From Sphagnum compactum (taxonomy: Eukaryota): a stretch of 64,000 bases of DNA. The position numbers were made by a program, and so were the translations under genes. The notes under the pieces are model-generated. The model was not told where the DNA came from, did not search any database, and saw nothing but the letters and a program-made list of their open reading frames with translations. Below are positions 26,029 to 39,360 of the stretch, one piece after another; positions within the stretch are counted from its first letter, which is position 1; each line of letters starts with the position of its first letter. The DNA lies in NCBI GenBank assembly GCA_965153455.1, contig OZ234493.1, forward strand, positions 18,156,213 through 18,220,212, in the 5' to 3' direction.

Positions 26029-26300
26029 TCATACCCCTCTAATTATTCCTCTAAGGCCATAAAATTCAACCAACATTATTAAACTAGTATGTGAACTACA
26101 ACTCACCCTAGGATCATTAGGCCAATTTTTGCTAACAAATATTAATTTATCCAAATTATTTGATTGCAAGTGACATCTCTTCAAATTTGTAAGTATTCCA
26201 ACCAAATAAAATATTTTTTCAATTGTTATTTGAGATTCCAAAATGACAAGAATTCAATGGGTAGGAAATGCAACAATCGGAAACAAAGATTCATGAAAAT
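26029..26300 (-). pseudogene. hAT transposase C-terminal dimerisation domain relic
   Basis: HESLFPIVAF...ESQITIEKIFYLVGILTNLKRCHLQSNNLDKLIFVSKNWPND, with a stop. Confidence 0.8.
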
Positions 26301-27179
26301 GTAATTGTTCCAAAATTTGTTCAATTCTTTGTTTCTTCAATTTGTAGATTTTTTTATTCCGTTTTGGGATTTTGCAAGATTCTATTTGCAAACTTGGGTT
26401 TTTTTTTCAATTCCTGTCATTTCTTCTTTAATTTCAATTTCACTTGTGAATATTACTTCACCTTTATTTTGCACCTTTTGATTTTGATTTTCACTTGACC
26501 TTTTCATTTTTTAGACGAGTGTTTTATAAGGCCAATGATGGAGAAAAATCAAGCCTAATTTTTTTGGTAGAAATGTATTACATGACCTAAAAAATCAAGG
26601 AAAGAAAAAGAAGAATGGATGAGGGATTGCATTATTGCAAGTCTCAAGCCTACAAAATTGAACACGCCAATCAAAACAAAGTAAAAAACAAGTTACTTTG
26701 TTTTTTTTCCCCCTTTCATTGCTTTGAATCTTTGTACTCCAAAATATTTCCTTCTAATTAATAAAATTGTGCAAGTTTACAAGCAAAGTTATCCCTTCAA
26801 CTCCAAGAAACCATCGCCCTTTATTAAAGCAAGCAAATTGGTCCTAAGGTCATTGGTCATGTTTCTCTTGCACTCACATGACATATATCACTAATTATAA
26901 TAAACATTTTGTTTCTTGTTGTTATTACTTGCATTTTAAGCCAATCTAAGGTCATTAGTTGTTGAGTGATGCCTTGAATGCACTCATATCCATGGGCCTA
27001 AAGCTAAACGAAAAAATGAGCCATCCCCCTTTATCAAATGCTTTGATTTATGAAAATGAATATGGGTTGATAATTCATTTGAATTATTTACAAAGAACAT
27101 TAAAAAGAGGGATGATTGACTTTTTCCTTTGTTTTTAATAAGATAAGATGAAAGAAAAGCCCATAATATGCAAGCCTTG

Positions 27180-27785
27180 ATCTTAGATTTTAGATTCAAG
27201 AGTTTGAGATTGATCTCTTCTCATGGCCATAGTTGAAGAATATGATAGAAAATCCTTGTTTCTTACACTCTTGAAGTTTCATCAACATTTGTATCGATTG
27301 TCTAGAGTTGAAAATTCTTTTGATTATAAAATTGACAAAGAGAATAGCTTAGACATTTTTGAAATGGTGGCCAACACCAATGAACTTACAAAGGAGCTTG
27401 TTAATCAAGAATTATTGTTATTTCATAAATATTAGGTGGATGCAAAAGATATCAAATGCCTTTTGGAGTGGTGGAAGAAACATGAAACTATATTTCCAAT
27501 TATTGGCTTTTTAGTTAAACATATATTAGAGATTGTAAATTTTCAAATTGAAACTATGAATTTTTTCCCTTTACTAAAATTCTTACCAATTTGAGGAAAT
27601 GTCACTTACAATCAAAGAACCTTGAAAATTTAATTTTTGTGAATAAGAATTGGCCAAATGATGCAAAGGTGGGTTGCAAGGCCTTTAATAATTTGTTACA
27701 ATTGATAATTTTGAATTAGACTTAAAGCATGAATTAGATGGGTTTGGAGACTGATTTGAGCAAGATGAATCAAAAGAAGACTAAT
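27180..27785 (+). pseudogene. hAT transposase C-terminal dimerisation domain relic
   Basis: ELLLFHKY*VDAKDIKCLLEWWKKHETIFPIIGFL...ILTNLRKCHLQSKNLENLIFVNKNWPND, with stop and frameshift. Confidence 0.85.
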
Positions 27786-29419
27786 CTATTGTTCTTGGCC
27801 TTGTATATGTTTGAAATGTTATCACATATTTTTGTTTACATATTATAGTTTTGTAACAATTGTTGACATTTTTTAGCTTACAAAAAGTTGAAAAAACATT
27901 TAAAGATTTCAATATTAAAATCTGAAAGTGAAGTTAAAGGACCAACTTAATAATATAACCAACTAATCTTAAGAATCAATTATAAAAGCACCAGTTGAGC
28001 ATCAAGGAAAATAAAAATAAAGGACCAAAACAACGAATGAATGTTTTTTCAAAAAATGTGAGAACTATATCTTGGTTCTTGAATTAAAAGATTTTAAGAA
28101 CCAAAACAAGCGGTGAAAATGTGAATAACCACCCAACATTGAAATTTCCTATATAGATAAAGGTCGGTGCCTGCCAGCGGGAATTAAGTCCTCTCATACA
28201 AAGAAATGGTTTGGGTGTAATATATTCAGGCACTTGTTCCAGAATGTTCAGGCTGTCGACAGCCAGCCATCTGCATGTTGAATAATCTAAGATTTGATTT
28301 TTCAGAATGTTAACAATTGAGGAATAAGTATGCAAAGTACACCTTGTGTTGCAGATCTGTATTCGTAACCCAATGGGAGTTTGATTCTCTTTGACAATCT
28401 CAACAAATATGAATACTGTTTTTTGGTTTTTTCGTCTAGACTTTTGATGAATTGTATTTTGTGCTAACATCAATTGTCGACACGATATCAGAGGAAGATG
28501 ATATTTTGCCCATTGCCACCACTCTCAGCATTTCAGTGTGTCACTCCTCTTTTTGCACATCCTTCCTCTCAAGGCTTCCAAGGCTCCATTTGGTAGCAGC
28601 AGGCTTTTGCTACAGTCTGTGAAGTAAGGCCCACTTTTAGACTAGGAGCCAGGGCTGGAAAGACTTGGGACCAACTTTGAGCACTTTTGGCTTGTTGTTT
28701 GGCCCCACATTACTAATAAATGCTGGAACATTGTCCCTAAGGGTTGCAAATTGGCTTCCCAAATTCCATGATGGTATCCTTTTTTCAGCCTTCTGGCCTT
28801 GTAGACAAGGCCATAAAGATCAGCATTTATTAGTAGCTTGGGACAGATTGAATTTTTTTTTTTCTCTTTCAGCCTGGATTCCTAGTGTGAAGTCCTTGGG
28901 GCCAATTTCAACTTTTGCAACAATAGGAATGCTTGATTTGGGCTGAACATCGACCCTGACCTCCTAGTGTAAAGAGGGCCTAAGTATCTGTGGCTGGTCT
29001 TTGGATTCTGGCAGCCTCTGGCAAGTCAGCAAAGTACACAACATTTTGTTTGCAGCTCAAGAAAACCCAATTCAACTTGTTGGCCTTGGAAATCATCTCA
29101 GGTGTGATAATCCGCTCTCAGTTACCTTTCATGTACTAGCATATGAGTTTCAGGTACGTATATATTCAAAGAGCAGGATTTGAACTCAGTTATGTAGTGA
29201 AGTGGGATTGCAATTTTTTTTCAGATGATCGTTTTAAAGGACTGCAGTTGATTGTTTTTCCAAAAAATTGGGTTGAGCTTGTTGGAAACACGAACTTGAG
29301 CATTACATCCAACTTTAATGCCAATTGTTCTTGGTGATTTGCAGGCAATTTGGTTTGAGGCTGTATATCAATGGCTTCTTCAACTCAATTGAATGAGATG
29401 ACATTCGATACGATTCCAG
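27560..29419 (+). repeat. Segmental duplication B, copy 1 (hAT tail plus upstream region and 5' end of the 4-TM gene)
   Basis: Homologous blocks at ~53095-54595, ~54597-56245 and, partially, ~41130-41717. Confidence 0.88.
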
Positions 29420-29451
29420 TCAAATGTATTCTCTTGACACTAACCTTGTAG
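29371..29451 (+). pseudogene. Truncated 5' stub of the 4-TM membrane protein gene (copy 0)
   Basis: MASSTQLNEMTFDTIP matches the N-termini at 41669 and 56197; homology ends at ~29419; intact 5'-UTR intron 29154-29344 upstream. Confidence 0.75.
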
Positions 29452-30226
29452 CCAAATACAGGCCCTTTTCAATACACATGTCACCATTGCTTTCAATCAC
29501 AATTATTTTGGCTGTAGTTAGTATGTGAGCATTTGCAAATGATAATTCATGATCATAACCACTCTTCAATTTCAAAAAGTTGCCAAATTAGCTCTCTAGT
29601 GATGCAAAAGTTTAACTAGGTATGCTAATCGACATATGAGCTCTCTAATGACATTAGCTACTAGCTACACTTGAAAAAGAAAAGACTTGCTCGACAACAG
29701 TAGAAGGGTGAGGAAAGCAACTATTTTATACTTTCTTTAATCAGGAGGTCCTAGCTAGCAAACAGTATCCCCATGAGAAGATTTCACTTGTCGAATCTAG
29801 GGGAAAAGGTATCTTTCTGTTCTTTCTTCTTTTGAAGCACAACAGCAGACCCAATCTGACAAGTTCGCACCCTCAAAGTCAAGTCCATTGGTAGCAGGCT
29901 GACAAGAGTTTCACCTGCACATCACCCAGGACCTTTCCTGAGGTCCCAGAATCAGCTATACCAGGGAGCCTTCACCCTGGGGGTGGAAAGGGCTGTCTTT
30001 AACCCTCACTTGGGGTACCCAAACACTCTAAAGAACAGGCCTCTGACATAACATTAGATAATGGGCCTCACACCATGCCTCCCCAAGGCTATCTATGTCC
30101 TATTCTGTGGTTGTAGACCCATGTGTGTGGCCTTCATACAATGTATTCATGGTGATCAACTTATCATGAAAATCAGGTGCTATTTTTTGTCTGCTCTGGG
30201 CATTGTTTTCTATGGATTGAACAGGG

Positions 30227-31204
30227 TCCTCTTTCAAGAAAGACACGGAGCCCCATATAAAGTTGCCAGAGAGTTCACATCACTCACCAAGCTTCCCATA
30301 CTTTGGATTTTCGAATCCGGTTTCATTGATGGGTTTCCCTGGGACCCGGGAGAGTGGCACTGGCAAGCCTCCTCACAAATGGGCGACTCTCCTTTTTTCG
30401 GCTATTCCGTAAAGTGGGGCTACTGAAATGCAAGGAAACCCACCCATAGCGTCAACATCTGCTCCTTCATTCAAAAGTTAAACCTGCAAAACTCCACCGT
30501 TACGCAAGTTATTGCCAGAATCTGGCATAACGCCCGACCCCGGAAGGTCGGCACTCTCATATGGCTCACTTTAAACCGGGTCTCCCGGTTGGCACATGGC
30601 TACAATGCATGGGGATCCTCCCCACGTGCAAGGTTTGCACTGAGGAGGCCCCTGAATCCCCTCAACACTGTCTCCTCGAGTGTCCTCGCGCCAAACGGGC
30701 TTGGGAGGCCTTCTATCACATATGGCAAAAATGGGGAGCGCCAAATGACATCATTCTTTCCTGGCCTTTCGTCATGCTTGGTGAAGCTGTCTTCGAGAGA
30801 GAAGATGACCCCCCTGGAGTCCAAGGGTACCATGTAGGAGGCTTTTCCTACATCAGACAACCGCTTGACATCCTTCATAGTTTTATCCTCTACTTTCTTT
30901 GGACAGAGAGATGCTGGAAGCATTTTGATAACCAGTATTCCTCTAGGAAAATCCTTCAACAAGCCTGGGTTGCTACCGTTGAGGTTGGAATGGCCACTTG
31001 GAAGGCCATTAATTCCCTTCGGTCCACCCGGGACCCTAGTATTCAAGATAGGATTGAGCAAGCCTTTAGGGCGGAATGGTGCCACTTAGGCATCTTTGGG
31101 GTTGATTGCGTCACCATCGTGTGGTGCTTCTTGGCCCCCTTGTATTTCTTGGATTTCTTTAATGTTTGATGGGGCTGCTGCCTCCCTCCCCTTCTGGGGG
31201 TTTC
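30227..31204 (+). mobile_element. 5'-truncated LINE (L1-type) retrotransposon, 3' end of ORF2 with zf-RVT/CCHC zinc finger
   Basis: IWHNARPRKVGTLIWL...GLPVGTWL...CKVC-x8-HCLLEC; in-frame TGA at 30424-30426 and a 1-nt deletion near 30580; flanked by a 19-bp TSD TTCTATGGATTGAACAGGG (30208-30226 and 31205-31223). Confidence 0.9.
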
Positions 31205-32914
31205 TTCTATGGATTGAACAGGGGTTCAGGAATGCAAAGTAAGATTTTAAAGGTGAAAACCACTGGTGTCAGGTTTTGGTATCAGGTAAGTTCAAGTCCA
31301 AGAACTCGGTCAAATTCTGGGGTATCGAAGTCATGGGATCAGAATTTGGTTGAACCCAGATTTGGATTCAGATCATGCGTTGGGCATGTTGTTTAAAACT
31401 GAAACCCAAACCTGGACTTGGCTTGCCTCCTCCATTTAAACAAGTCTTAGTTCTCTAGGTATATAGAAGTACAAGATTTTTCAAAGAGCCCCAGTCAAGT
31501 GACAAGTCCTCCTTTATAAGCAAGTTAATAGTTTCATTTGATTAAACACAATCTTATTTTGGGTGTTGTGCACTAGTTCGACAAAACTAATAATACAACT
31601 AAAACTTTAGTTGAGTGCACTGAATTCAAATCATATATATATATTTCCCTCAAATCTCTTCTAACCTTCCTTTCTATGCTTATTTCTTTGCATCATTTTC
31701 TTTTGTGTAGTTCCTCAAGAATAAAAGAATATAAACAAAAGAACAACAAGAAGAAAAAAGAATAATGCTACTCATTTTTATGGTATACTTTTGTTGTTTT
31801 TGGTAAGTGATAAGAAGAAGATGAAAAGAAAATCAAGACATATACTTGATGCTCTTGATCTACCCTTGCTTTTGCAATGAAGAATTGAATAAAATATAAC
31901 AATGTTATTAATATTCTTCATTTTATTTTTCTTTGCATTCTTTCATACTTTTTGATTTTTTCCAACGAAAAAATAAAGGAGAAAAATGAAAAAGGAAGGA
32001 ACTTGGAAGACATTTCCTTTATGGTTTTTATGTTTGTAACCCCTGCTCCACTGATAAGGAAAAAAGAAGGGGACAGGGAGAGAACACCAAAGGAAAAAGG
32101 AGAAATGTCCAAAAAGAATTGTAATTAACTATCTTCATTTAATATTTTGTTGTCTTCTCTTGCATATTTTTGTGAACTTTCTGAGACGAAAAAAACAATT
32201 AAAAACAAGAGAAGCACTGATTCCTGAAGGCTCATGTTTCTATGTAACCTCGATGCATCTGAAAGGGATAAAACAAGACATAGAAAGATATGTAAGTCAT
32301 GCTCTTCATTTTTTGATTTTGATTTTAATTTTTGGTAATTCCTATATGAGAAGAAGAAAAAAGACCAAAACATATACTTGGTGATCTAAGATCTATGTCA
32401 GGTTTTTATTTGTATTCTTTTGTATTTGTTAATAGTTCCCAAAGATGGAGAAAAATGTAATAAAAAGAAAGAAAGAACACTGTGCTATGTATTTGATGCT
32501 TTGAAGAAGATTTTTTACTCTGGAAATTTCGCCAAAAAAATAAACTCCAATGGAAATGTGGAAACGAAGCTCTTTTGGGATTTTCAATTGCCAAAACTCG
32601 AAAAAAATGATAAATATTGTCAGATTTCCATATCCTGGTTCTAGTTGGTAGCCAAAAATATAGAAGGACGATCCCAAAAACATGATTTCATATCTCATTT
32701 ATAACCAAATTTGGCTACATCTCAAAATTGACAGAAAAAGAAACAGCCATCCTATTGATCTATGTAACCCTTTGCCGAAGGAAGAAGAAAACTAGTTAGT
32801 CCCTTTCGGGACCTGGAGTGGAGGTAGGCCTAACGTCGTCTTTTATTGACTACGTCTGTCTCTGAACAAACCAGAAGACACATTTTAGATTGCGTTTTGA
32901 GCCTTCAGGCCTAC

Positions 32915-34114
32915 CTCTGCTAAATAAAATAATTATTCCAGATGTTTTGAAGAGAGATTCCTCATTTTGAAGATTAAAGGTTTTACAGACTCATCTTTTC
33001 TTCCAACTGGAATTCAGAGGGTAAAAATGTAATTAATCATGGGCCCTGCTCTTTCTTCAAGAGTAGCTAACGTTATTTGAGAAAAAATAATTTCATGACA
33101 AAACAATTGAATCAACTTTTAAGAGATATGAAAACACATCTTACTTTTGTAACATGTGCAGAACTTGAGAAAGTAAGACCCATGATGCCACTGCTCCCTG
33201 CTGCATCATACTTTGAGTGTACACCTTTCCATACTTGACCTGCAAATCAATACACTACCATGACTTACCCATTGACTTCAACAGCTCCAACAGATAATTT
33301 CTACTAATTGACCCAAAATTTGGGCAAACATTCAGGCAGTTATAAGGCCAAAATCACCCAATGTGTACCTGCAATTCTTGAGCAAATTCCAAAACATGAT
33401 TGAAACCAATCGGCAAATGCTCCCTTATTGTTCTGATCCCCCTCCTCAGCACGTTTTGGGACACCCAGGTTGAAATTCCTGAATTTTTGTAGGTGAAAGA
33501 AAGCGTGTGTTTGCATGGCCAGGCAGGATGGAGTTGCTGGAGGGAGCTGCCTTCCTTTTCCCTCTGACTTAAAGTGACTTTCTTTTCATTTTTTGTGGAT
33601 TCAGCTTGACATGAACTTCAAGCAGATAAAGCATGATGTGCCTGTGCTTCATATTGAAACTTTTAACTCCACAAAGAAACGTGCTGGAGTGGTCTTCAAG
33701 GTTAGAATTTCCATGTGCATCCTTAACCTCCAGTGAAATCACTCCCCTTTGTGTCTTGCACACAAGCGTAAGCATTGAGTGAAGTAGGACCGATGCTATT
33801 GACCAAATGAGCTACACCGTACTCTCAAAACAAATGTGTTGATGTTGTCATGTGAAATGTCATCCTATTATTTTCATTGGAATGAAGATGTTGTGAAATA
33901 GCAATATGGAATGTGCCCCTGTTTTGTTGTAGTCACGAGGCCCTGAAATTTATCAGAGTTGGAAAGGTCAAAAATACAAAACAATTATCGAGGTTCACGT
34001 CTGTGGGTGTTCTCTGTTGTTGACTTCTCTTTCCTTATCCTCTGAAACCTCAGAAATTAGCATGAGGTTCTTGTATGGAAATATTAAGAGGTGCCAGATG
34101 TGGGAGCTGAATAC
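32915..34114 (-). pseudogene. Spliced multi-exon gene relic, product unknown
   Basis: Minus-strand exons 33617-33369, 33239-33145 and 33006-32915 join in frame at canonical splice sites; in-frame TGA at 33620-33618 and 32993-32991; possible upstream exon ~34114-33999. Confidence 0.6.
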
Positions 34115-34309
34115 CACATATTTTGAAGAAAGAATATATTGAGGTAGTGGTGAAATAATTACCAAAATAGTGGTATGAGAAAATGAATATTTTAATATTA
34201 AAAAGAATCCTTTGGGCACATCTTATGAAATTCTAAGATATCTTAGTGCATGGATAGTATTAGATAGGGGGTCTTTTTTAATGGCAAACTCACAAAACCC
34301 CCTGTCCAC

Positions 34310-34615
34310 GGGTGCTCATTATTGTGACCCTGCAAAAACATTTTTCACATCCAAGTTTAGTTATTTACTTTTTTCCCAACCCCACCCATGAAACTGAAAA
34401 CTTGGACTGCAAATAGGTGGGAGACTACTAATAGCAAACCACACAGAGCAATCAAACTATTTAGCCAATCAACAGCAGGTGTTAGGACTTGTTGTGCGTA
34501 TACGACCCTTAGTCAACAATGCTGGCCAAAACCATGATGCTGAGCCAAACCGACATGTTTTGACTTTTTTTTTAATCTAATTTTTAATTATCAGGGTCAC
34601 GTACTGAGAGCACTG
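34310..34615. mobile_element. ~305-bp hAT-type MITE
   Basis: GTGCTCATTATTGTGACCCTG ... CAGGGTCACGTACTGAGAGCACTG; same family in reverse orientation at ~59325-59672 and a remnant at ~44500-44533. Confidence 0.7.
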
Positions 34616-34616
34616 G

Positions 34617-37600
34617 TTTATTTTGTGGAAAACCTGAGTTTTTGAGCCAGTCTTAAATAACAACCTCTTTTCATTTAAGGGAGCAGTTCTATTGGCAGTA
34701 AAGCCATGACTGAATTTTGCAGCAAAGCTGGGGAGGTTTGTACAGTAGTCATGGAGGATTCTTGAAGATGGGAAATGAGAGTTAGATTCTCTATACCCTG
34801 TTAGAGATATGCTGTTCACGAAGGGATTATGTAGAGGTTTCAGGGACATGCTTGCAGCTCGCATGCTCTCTCTGGCAAGAGGTTGGAAATCCATATTGTA
34901 AAAGGTGTAAACTTGAATCTGAGTGCATTTCCACTGAATGGGTCTGATCCCTTGATTTGTCAGTGAGACCCAAAGTATTCATCCCCTTGGAAATTGAAAA
35001 TTTATTTTCTGCAGGTGATCTTGAAGAGTTTTACACTTCAGCTATTGTTGTGGAATTTTTATTGTAGTTGGAACTTGGAAGCGCACACTTGATGTAAATG
35101 TGCTGGAAGGCTGATGCTGTGAGCAGGTTGCACCAGCAGCAGCATAATGGCTTGTAATCAGCAATTAATGTCTGAAGTTCAGGCTTTGAACAGTGTGAAA
35201 CTGAGTTTGGACTTGTAAGTATGGATAGGATACAATGCTCTTCAAAAGGCAAAGAAAAAAATACAGGTTGCTTTGGCAGCCATTCATAATGCTTGGCTCA
35301 AGTGCTGTCATCTATGTGATTTTTCTAAATCAGAAGGTGAAGGCATAATCAAATGTACATTTCATGATCCTTGACAAGAAAAATATAAATTAGCTATTAA
35401 CTAAGATTTAACATATTAAGTTTAGAAATATTATTTATTTCAATGATTGATATAAAAATGTTTTTTGAATTTGTGTCAATGATGTTGAAAAATCATATGT
35501 TCAAAATAGATTTAAGTAATTTTTGTAGAAATTTGTAAGTTGTTTTTTAAGAAAATAAGTAAATGAAATATTGGATTTTTTAATTTTCTTGGTTAATTTC
35601 ACTAAGAATTTACTTATATTTTTTCAACAGTAAAAATATATAATATTAATCTTTTTAACATAAAAGTATTTTTGAGCACAATTCCACCAATCAATTTCAA
35701 AATATTTTTGACCCAATTATATTACATTGAAAATTTTCAAACTTTGTATACAACATATTGTAAACTTAATATTTATCATCACAATGGTTTGACAATGATT
35801 GAAAATGTTTCAACTTTACTTTTTTACATTCATGCGTAAAAATATAAGTGAAATTTTCAAACTACTTTTTGTGTATACTCAATTGTGCTTTCACCCCACA
35901 TCCATCTCAAATGTCTATCCAAGTTGGTTTTGATTCACAAGAGTTATAACTATCCAATTTTGAATTGATTTCAATTCAATCGTTTCCACTTTGTAATTAA
36001 AATATTATATGATATATTCAATTTGTGTAAACCAAATCCATTTTGACTATATTATGAAAATGTTGGACTCATTACATGGGCTTGCATAAAAGACATATGA
36101 AACATTTCAATATAATTTCATTCCAACCATATTCACATTTTTTTATTTAATTTCATCCATAGTCTTCCTTGCATTTGTGGGTTTGAATAGAGGCCAATCT
36201 CCATGGTGTCATGTCAATCAGTTTTTACTTAGTCTAATATGAAATTCCCTATTGTCTACAAATGGATAATAATTGATTATTAGTTTCTAACAAATTGAAG
36301 ATTAAATTTTGAGTATCATTCAATTGGATATGTTCTTGTAATGAGTTGTGACGTGTGTGAACAAGTATTGCATATGCATGTATATCACTATAATTGTTGT
36401 AGTTTGACAAGTGTCACAAATGAAGTAGTCATCTAAGAAAATAATTCCATACTAAAGGCAATTGTAATTTGCGAGGGTATTACAACACAAAATTACAAGT
36501 TGGGCACTATCTTGTTCATTTTAAATGCATGTTTTGTCAATAGGAAAGGGCTAAAGGGAGGAAGGAAAAAACATTTTTCATTATGTTGCACTTCACTTGT
36601 CATAATTGCCATTCCCATTGGTGTTTCTTCTTCCTCTTTCTAATCCCCTTGTTGTTTTGGCTAGCTTTATGTGCTTATCATTGGATTTTTCACCTTCTCT
36701 CCTTGTCAACATTTCTTTTTTGGTATATCTTGAGTTTTTTTTCCATTTTTTTTTCTTTTGTGGAGATTTGTAGTGCAACACATAACAAATACAATTTTCA
36801 TCATTGCAAGCCTTAAGTTGAGCTTCCACAATTTGAGGCTTCTATTTGGTTCATTGTGTAGGTTGCCCCAAGATGGGTTGCAATCAAAGTATAATGGGAA
36901 GGGAATAATGATTCACAAATAATTAATTATTGTTTTTGGGGTTCTACTATCCACTTTTTGGGTAGGAAGTTTTGATTTTTTTATAAGTTTGGAGGAGGGT
37001 AAATGTTGCAAAAATTCTATTTGACATGAAGAATTTTCCTTGCAAGGATTAATTTGGGGTTCTTACAACTATTTATGGTGCATTTTTTCATAAACTATTG
37101 CTCCCATTACATCATTTTGCATTGACAATGGACAAGTCATGTGAGGATCAACAAAGTGTTGAGAAGACTAATAAGGTGTTTTATGGAAAGAGAATAAAAG
37201 AAAGGATAAAAAGAGCTTGGGAAGCCTAGAGTTGGTCGTTGTGATGTATGAGACAAGGATTTAGGAGCTTGGGGATTTTATAGTTTGATGATTCACAACC
37301 AATCGGTGTTCAATGGTTGTGGAAGAAGGGAGAAATGTGCTCTTTTCTAAGAGGCTTTAAATGTTATCAAATTCATTGTGTACAAATGTCTATTTAAGTT
37401 TTTTTACTTTAGGATTCCTAGGTTACATAGGCTTTTATTCAAAAATTGATAAGCTATTAGGTTTTTTACTTCAAGATTTGTAGGCTACCTAGGCTTCTAC
37501 TTTAGGATTAAAAAATGGGCATATTTCATAGGTAACCTACACTTTACACCCTAGGTCATAGAGCCTTTATCTTAGGGTACCTAAGTCTTCTCATCTTAGC

Positions 37601-39360
37601 ATAAGCCTTGGACATAACATGACCATTTTAATATTTGGTACCATTCATCCCCCGCCCCCAATTTGACAAGCTAAAAGGGCACTTGTTATGTAACAAATCA
37701 AGTGGCAAGCATGAACTTCCTCCATCACCTTGCCCCCATTGAAATTCACAAATATGTTTTCTTGTTTTTGGGTCCCAAAGAAAAGTTTTGAAATAAAATC
37801 TTATAAGGATATTATAAGAAACCATTTGTGGTTGTGGGTTAATCCTTTCCATAATGGCATAAATGTGCCTTGTGGCATGTCTCTGAATGATTCCACCAAA
37901 AGCTCTTTGTTGTTTTTTTCATTTGTTTTTCACATTTTTGAACCATAGGGGATTTAGCTCTTCACAAGTTTAATGTGTTTTTGTTTTTTTGTGTCATTGC
38001 ACTATGTTAAAACATGGTTGTTATCATTAAGACATTTTGTAACTACTACCAAACTTGGTCATGTAGTTGTATACAATATGCATCTATGCCTTTTTTGCAA
38101 CTTTAGTCATGATTATGATTACATGACTATTACAACTACATGGCTAATAATGAACTTGAAAGAAGTGTAGTTAAGTTAGTTAACTAACTAACTAATTATA
38201 TAGGTAGGTAGGTTAGGTAATGGTGCAGTCGCACTAACAATAATTATAGCAAGTCTAACTTATGCTTGGTTTTTCATGTTTAAATATTTTTAAATGTATT
38301 GTTGTTGCAAATTTTTAATGTGTTTACATGACAATTTTTTGAATATACTATGGAAATGTGCAGTATAATTTGAAATGAATCCAATGAAAATAAAATAATT
38401 AAAGCTTTCATTAACCATTATGACTAATGTTTTGAAGGCATTAAAAGATTCTAGGGGGGGGGGGGTGCGGACCTTTTTAACGTCGTATATTTTAAGGAAG
38501 ATTCTTTCAAGAAACCTATACATAATAGTATAATGCAACATATTTTTAGGTCAAACATAATTATAATGATTTTTTCAAATTTAAAATGAATTATTTCAAA
38601 ATGAATACTCACCAAAGTGACAAGGTTAGTTCTTAATAATATGGATGAACTTGTAGGTTGGTAGGTAAAGTAAAGTAGGTACAATGGGTAGGTAGGCAAA
38701 GTCATTAGGGTAACAAGGTAAGTAACTAGGTTAGATAAATTAGGATATGTAGTTAATTAAGTAGATAGCTAGGCTAGGTAGGTAGAGTATCTAGGTTAAG
38801 CAATCTATATAAGCTTAAAAAAAATTGTCCATAATTAATATGATGACAAAAATAATTAAATTGTTGAACAATTTGTGGCGCAATGGTTAAGGACTTGGTC
38901 TTTTAACGTGGAGGTGAGGAGTTCAAATCCGTGTATTTGTAACTTTTATGTATGTTCCTAGTTGGGTTACCTAGCTTAAACTAATTAAAATTTCATAGGC
39001 TAACATTTTAACTATTAACCTTTTCATTGGAAAAAATGAGGTATTGTGATTAGTTCGTACCACTAATTTTTAATCACAACACACATTGGACAAGTCTCAT
39101 GCGAGCATAGTTGTAAATGACATGGATTATGGATGAAAGGAGAAATCAACAAAATGTGGTTTCATTTTTTGATTGGCCATACGTGTGTTTTTACTTGTGA
39201 TTCCCATGCGACTATTTTGGTGAATAATAAGAGTGAATAATATGTTGCCATGTGTCAATATTTTTATTGTTTACAAAATTATTCTTATTGAATTCTAAAA
39301 AAATTAATGTGTGTGATTCATGATTATGACACTTCACACATCCATAAATATTTCAATTTA
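34617..39360 (+). repeat. Segmental duplication A, copy 2
   Basis: Colinear with 17243-21505; weak homology resumes at ~39770-39991 through the (CA)n tract. Confidence 0.92.
38868..38941 (+). pseudogene. tRNA-Lys(UUU)-like pseudogene / SINE head, duplicate
   Basis: TGGCGCAATGG ... CTTTTAA ... GTTCAAATCC. Confidence 0.55.

Larger units (their letters stand above)
25748..28141. mobile_element. Degenerate hAT DNA transposon with two transposase C-terminal relics
   Basis: Ends AAGTGTTGGGTAGATATT and AATAACCACCCAACATTG (14/18 inverted match); no clear 8-bp TSD. Confidence 0.55.
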
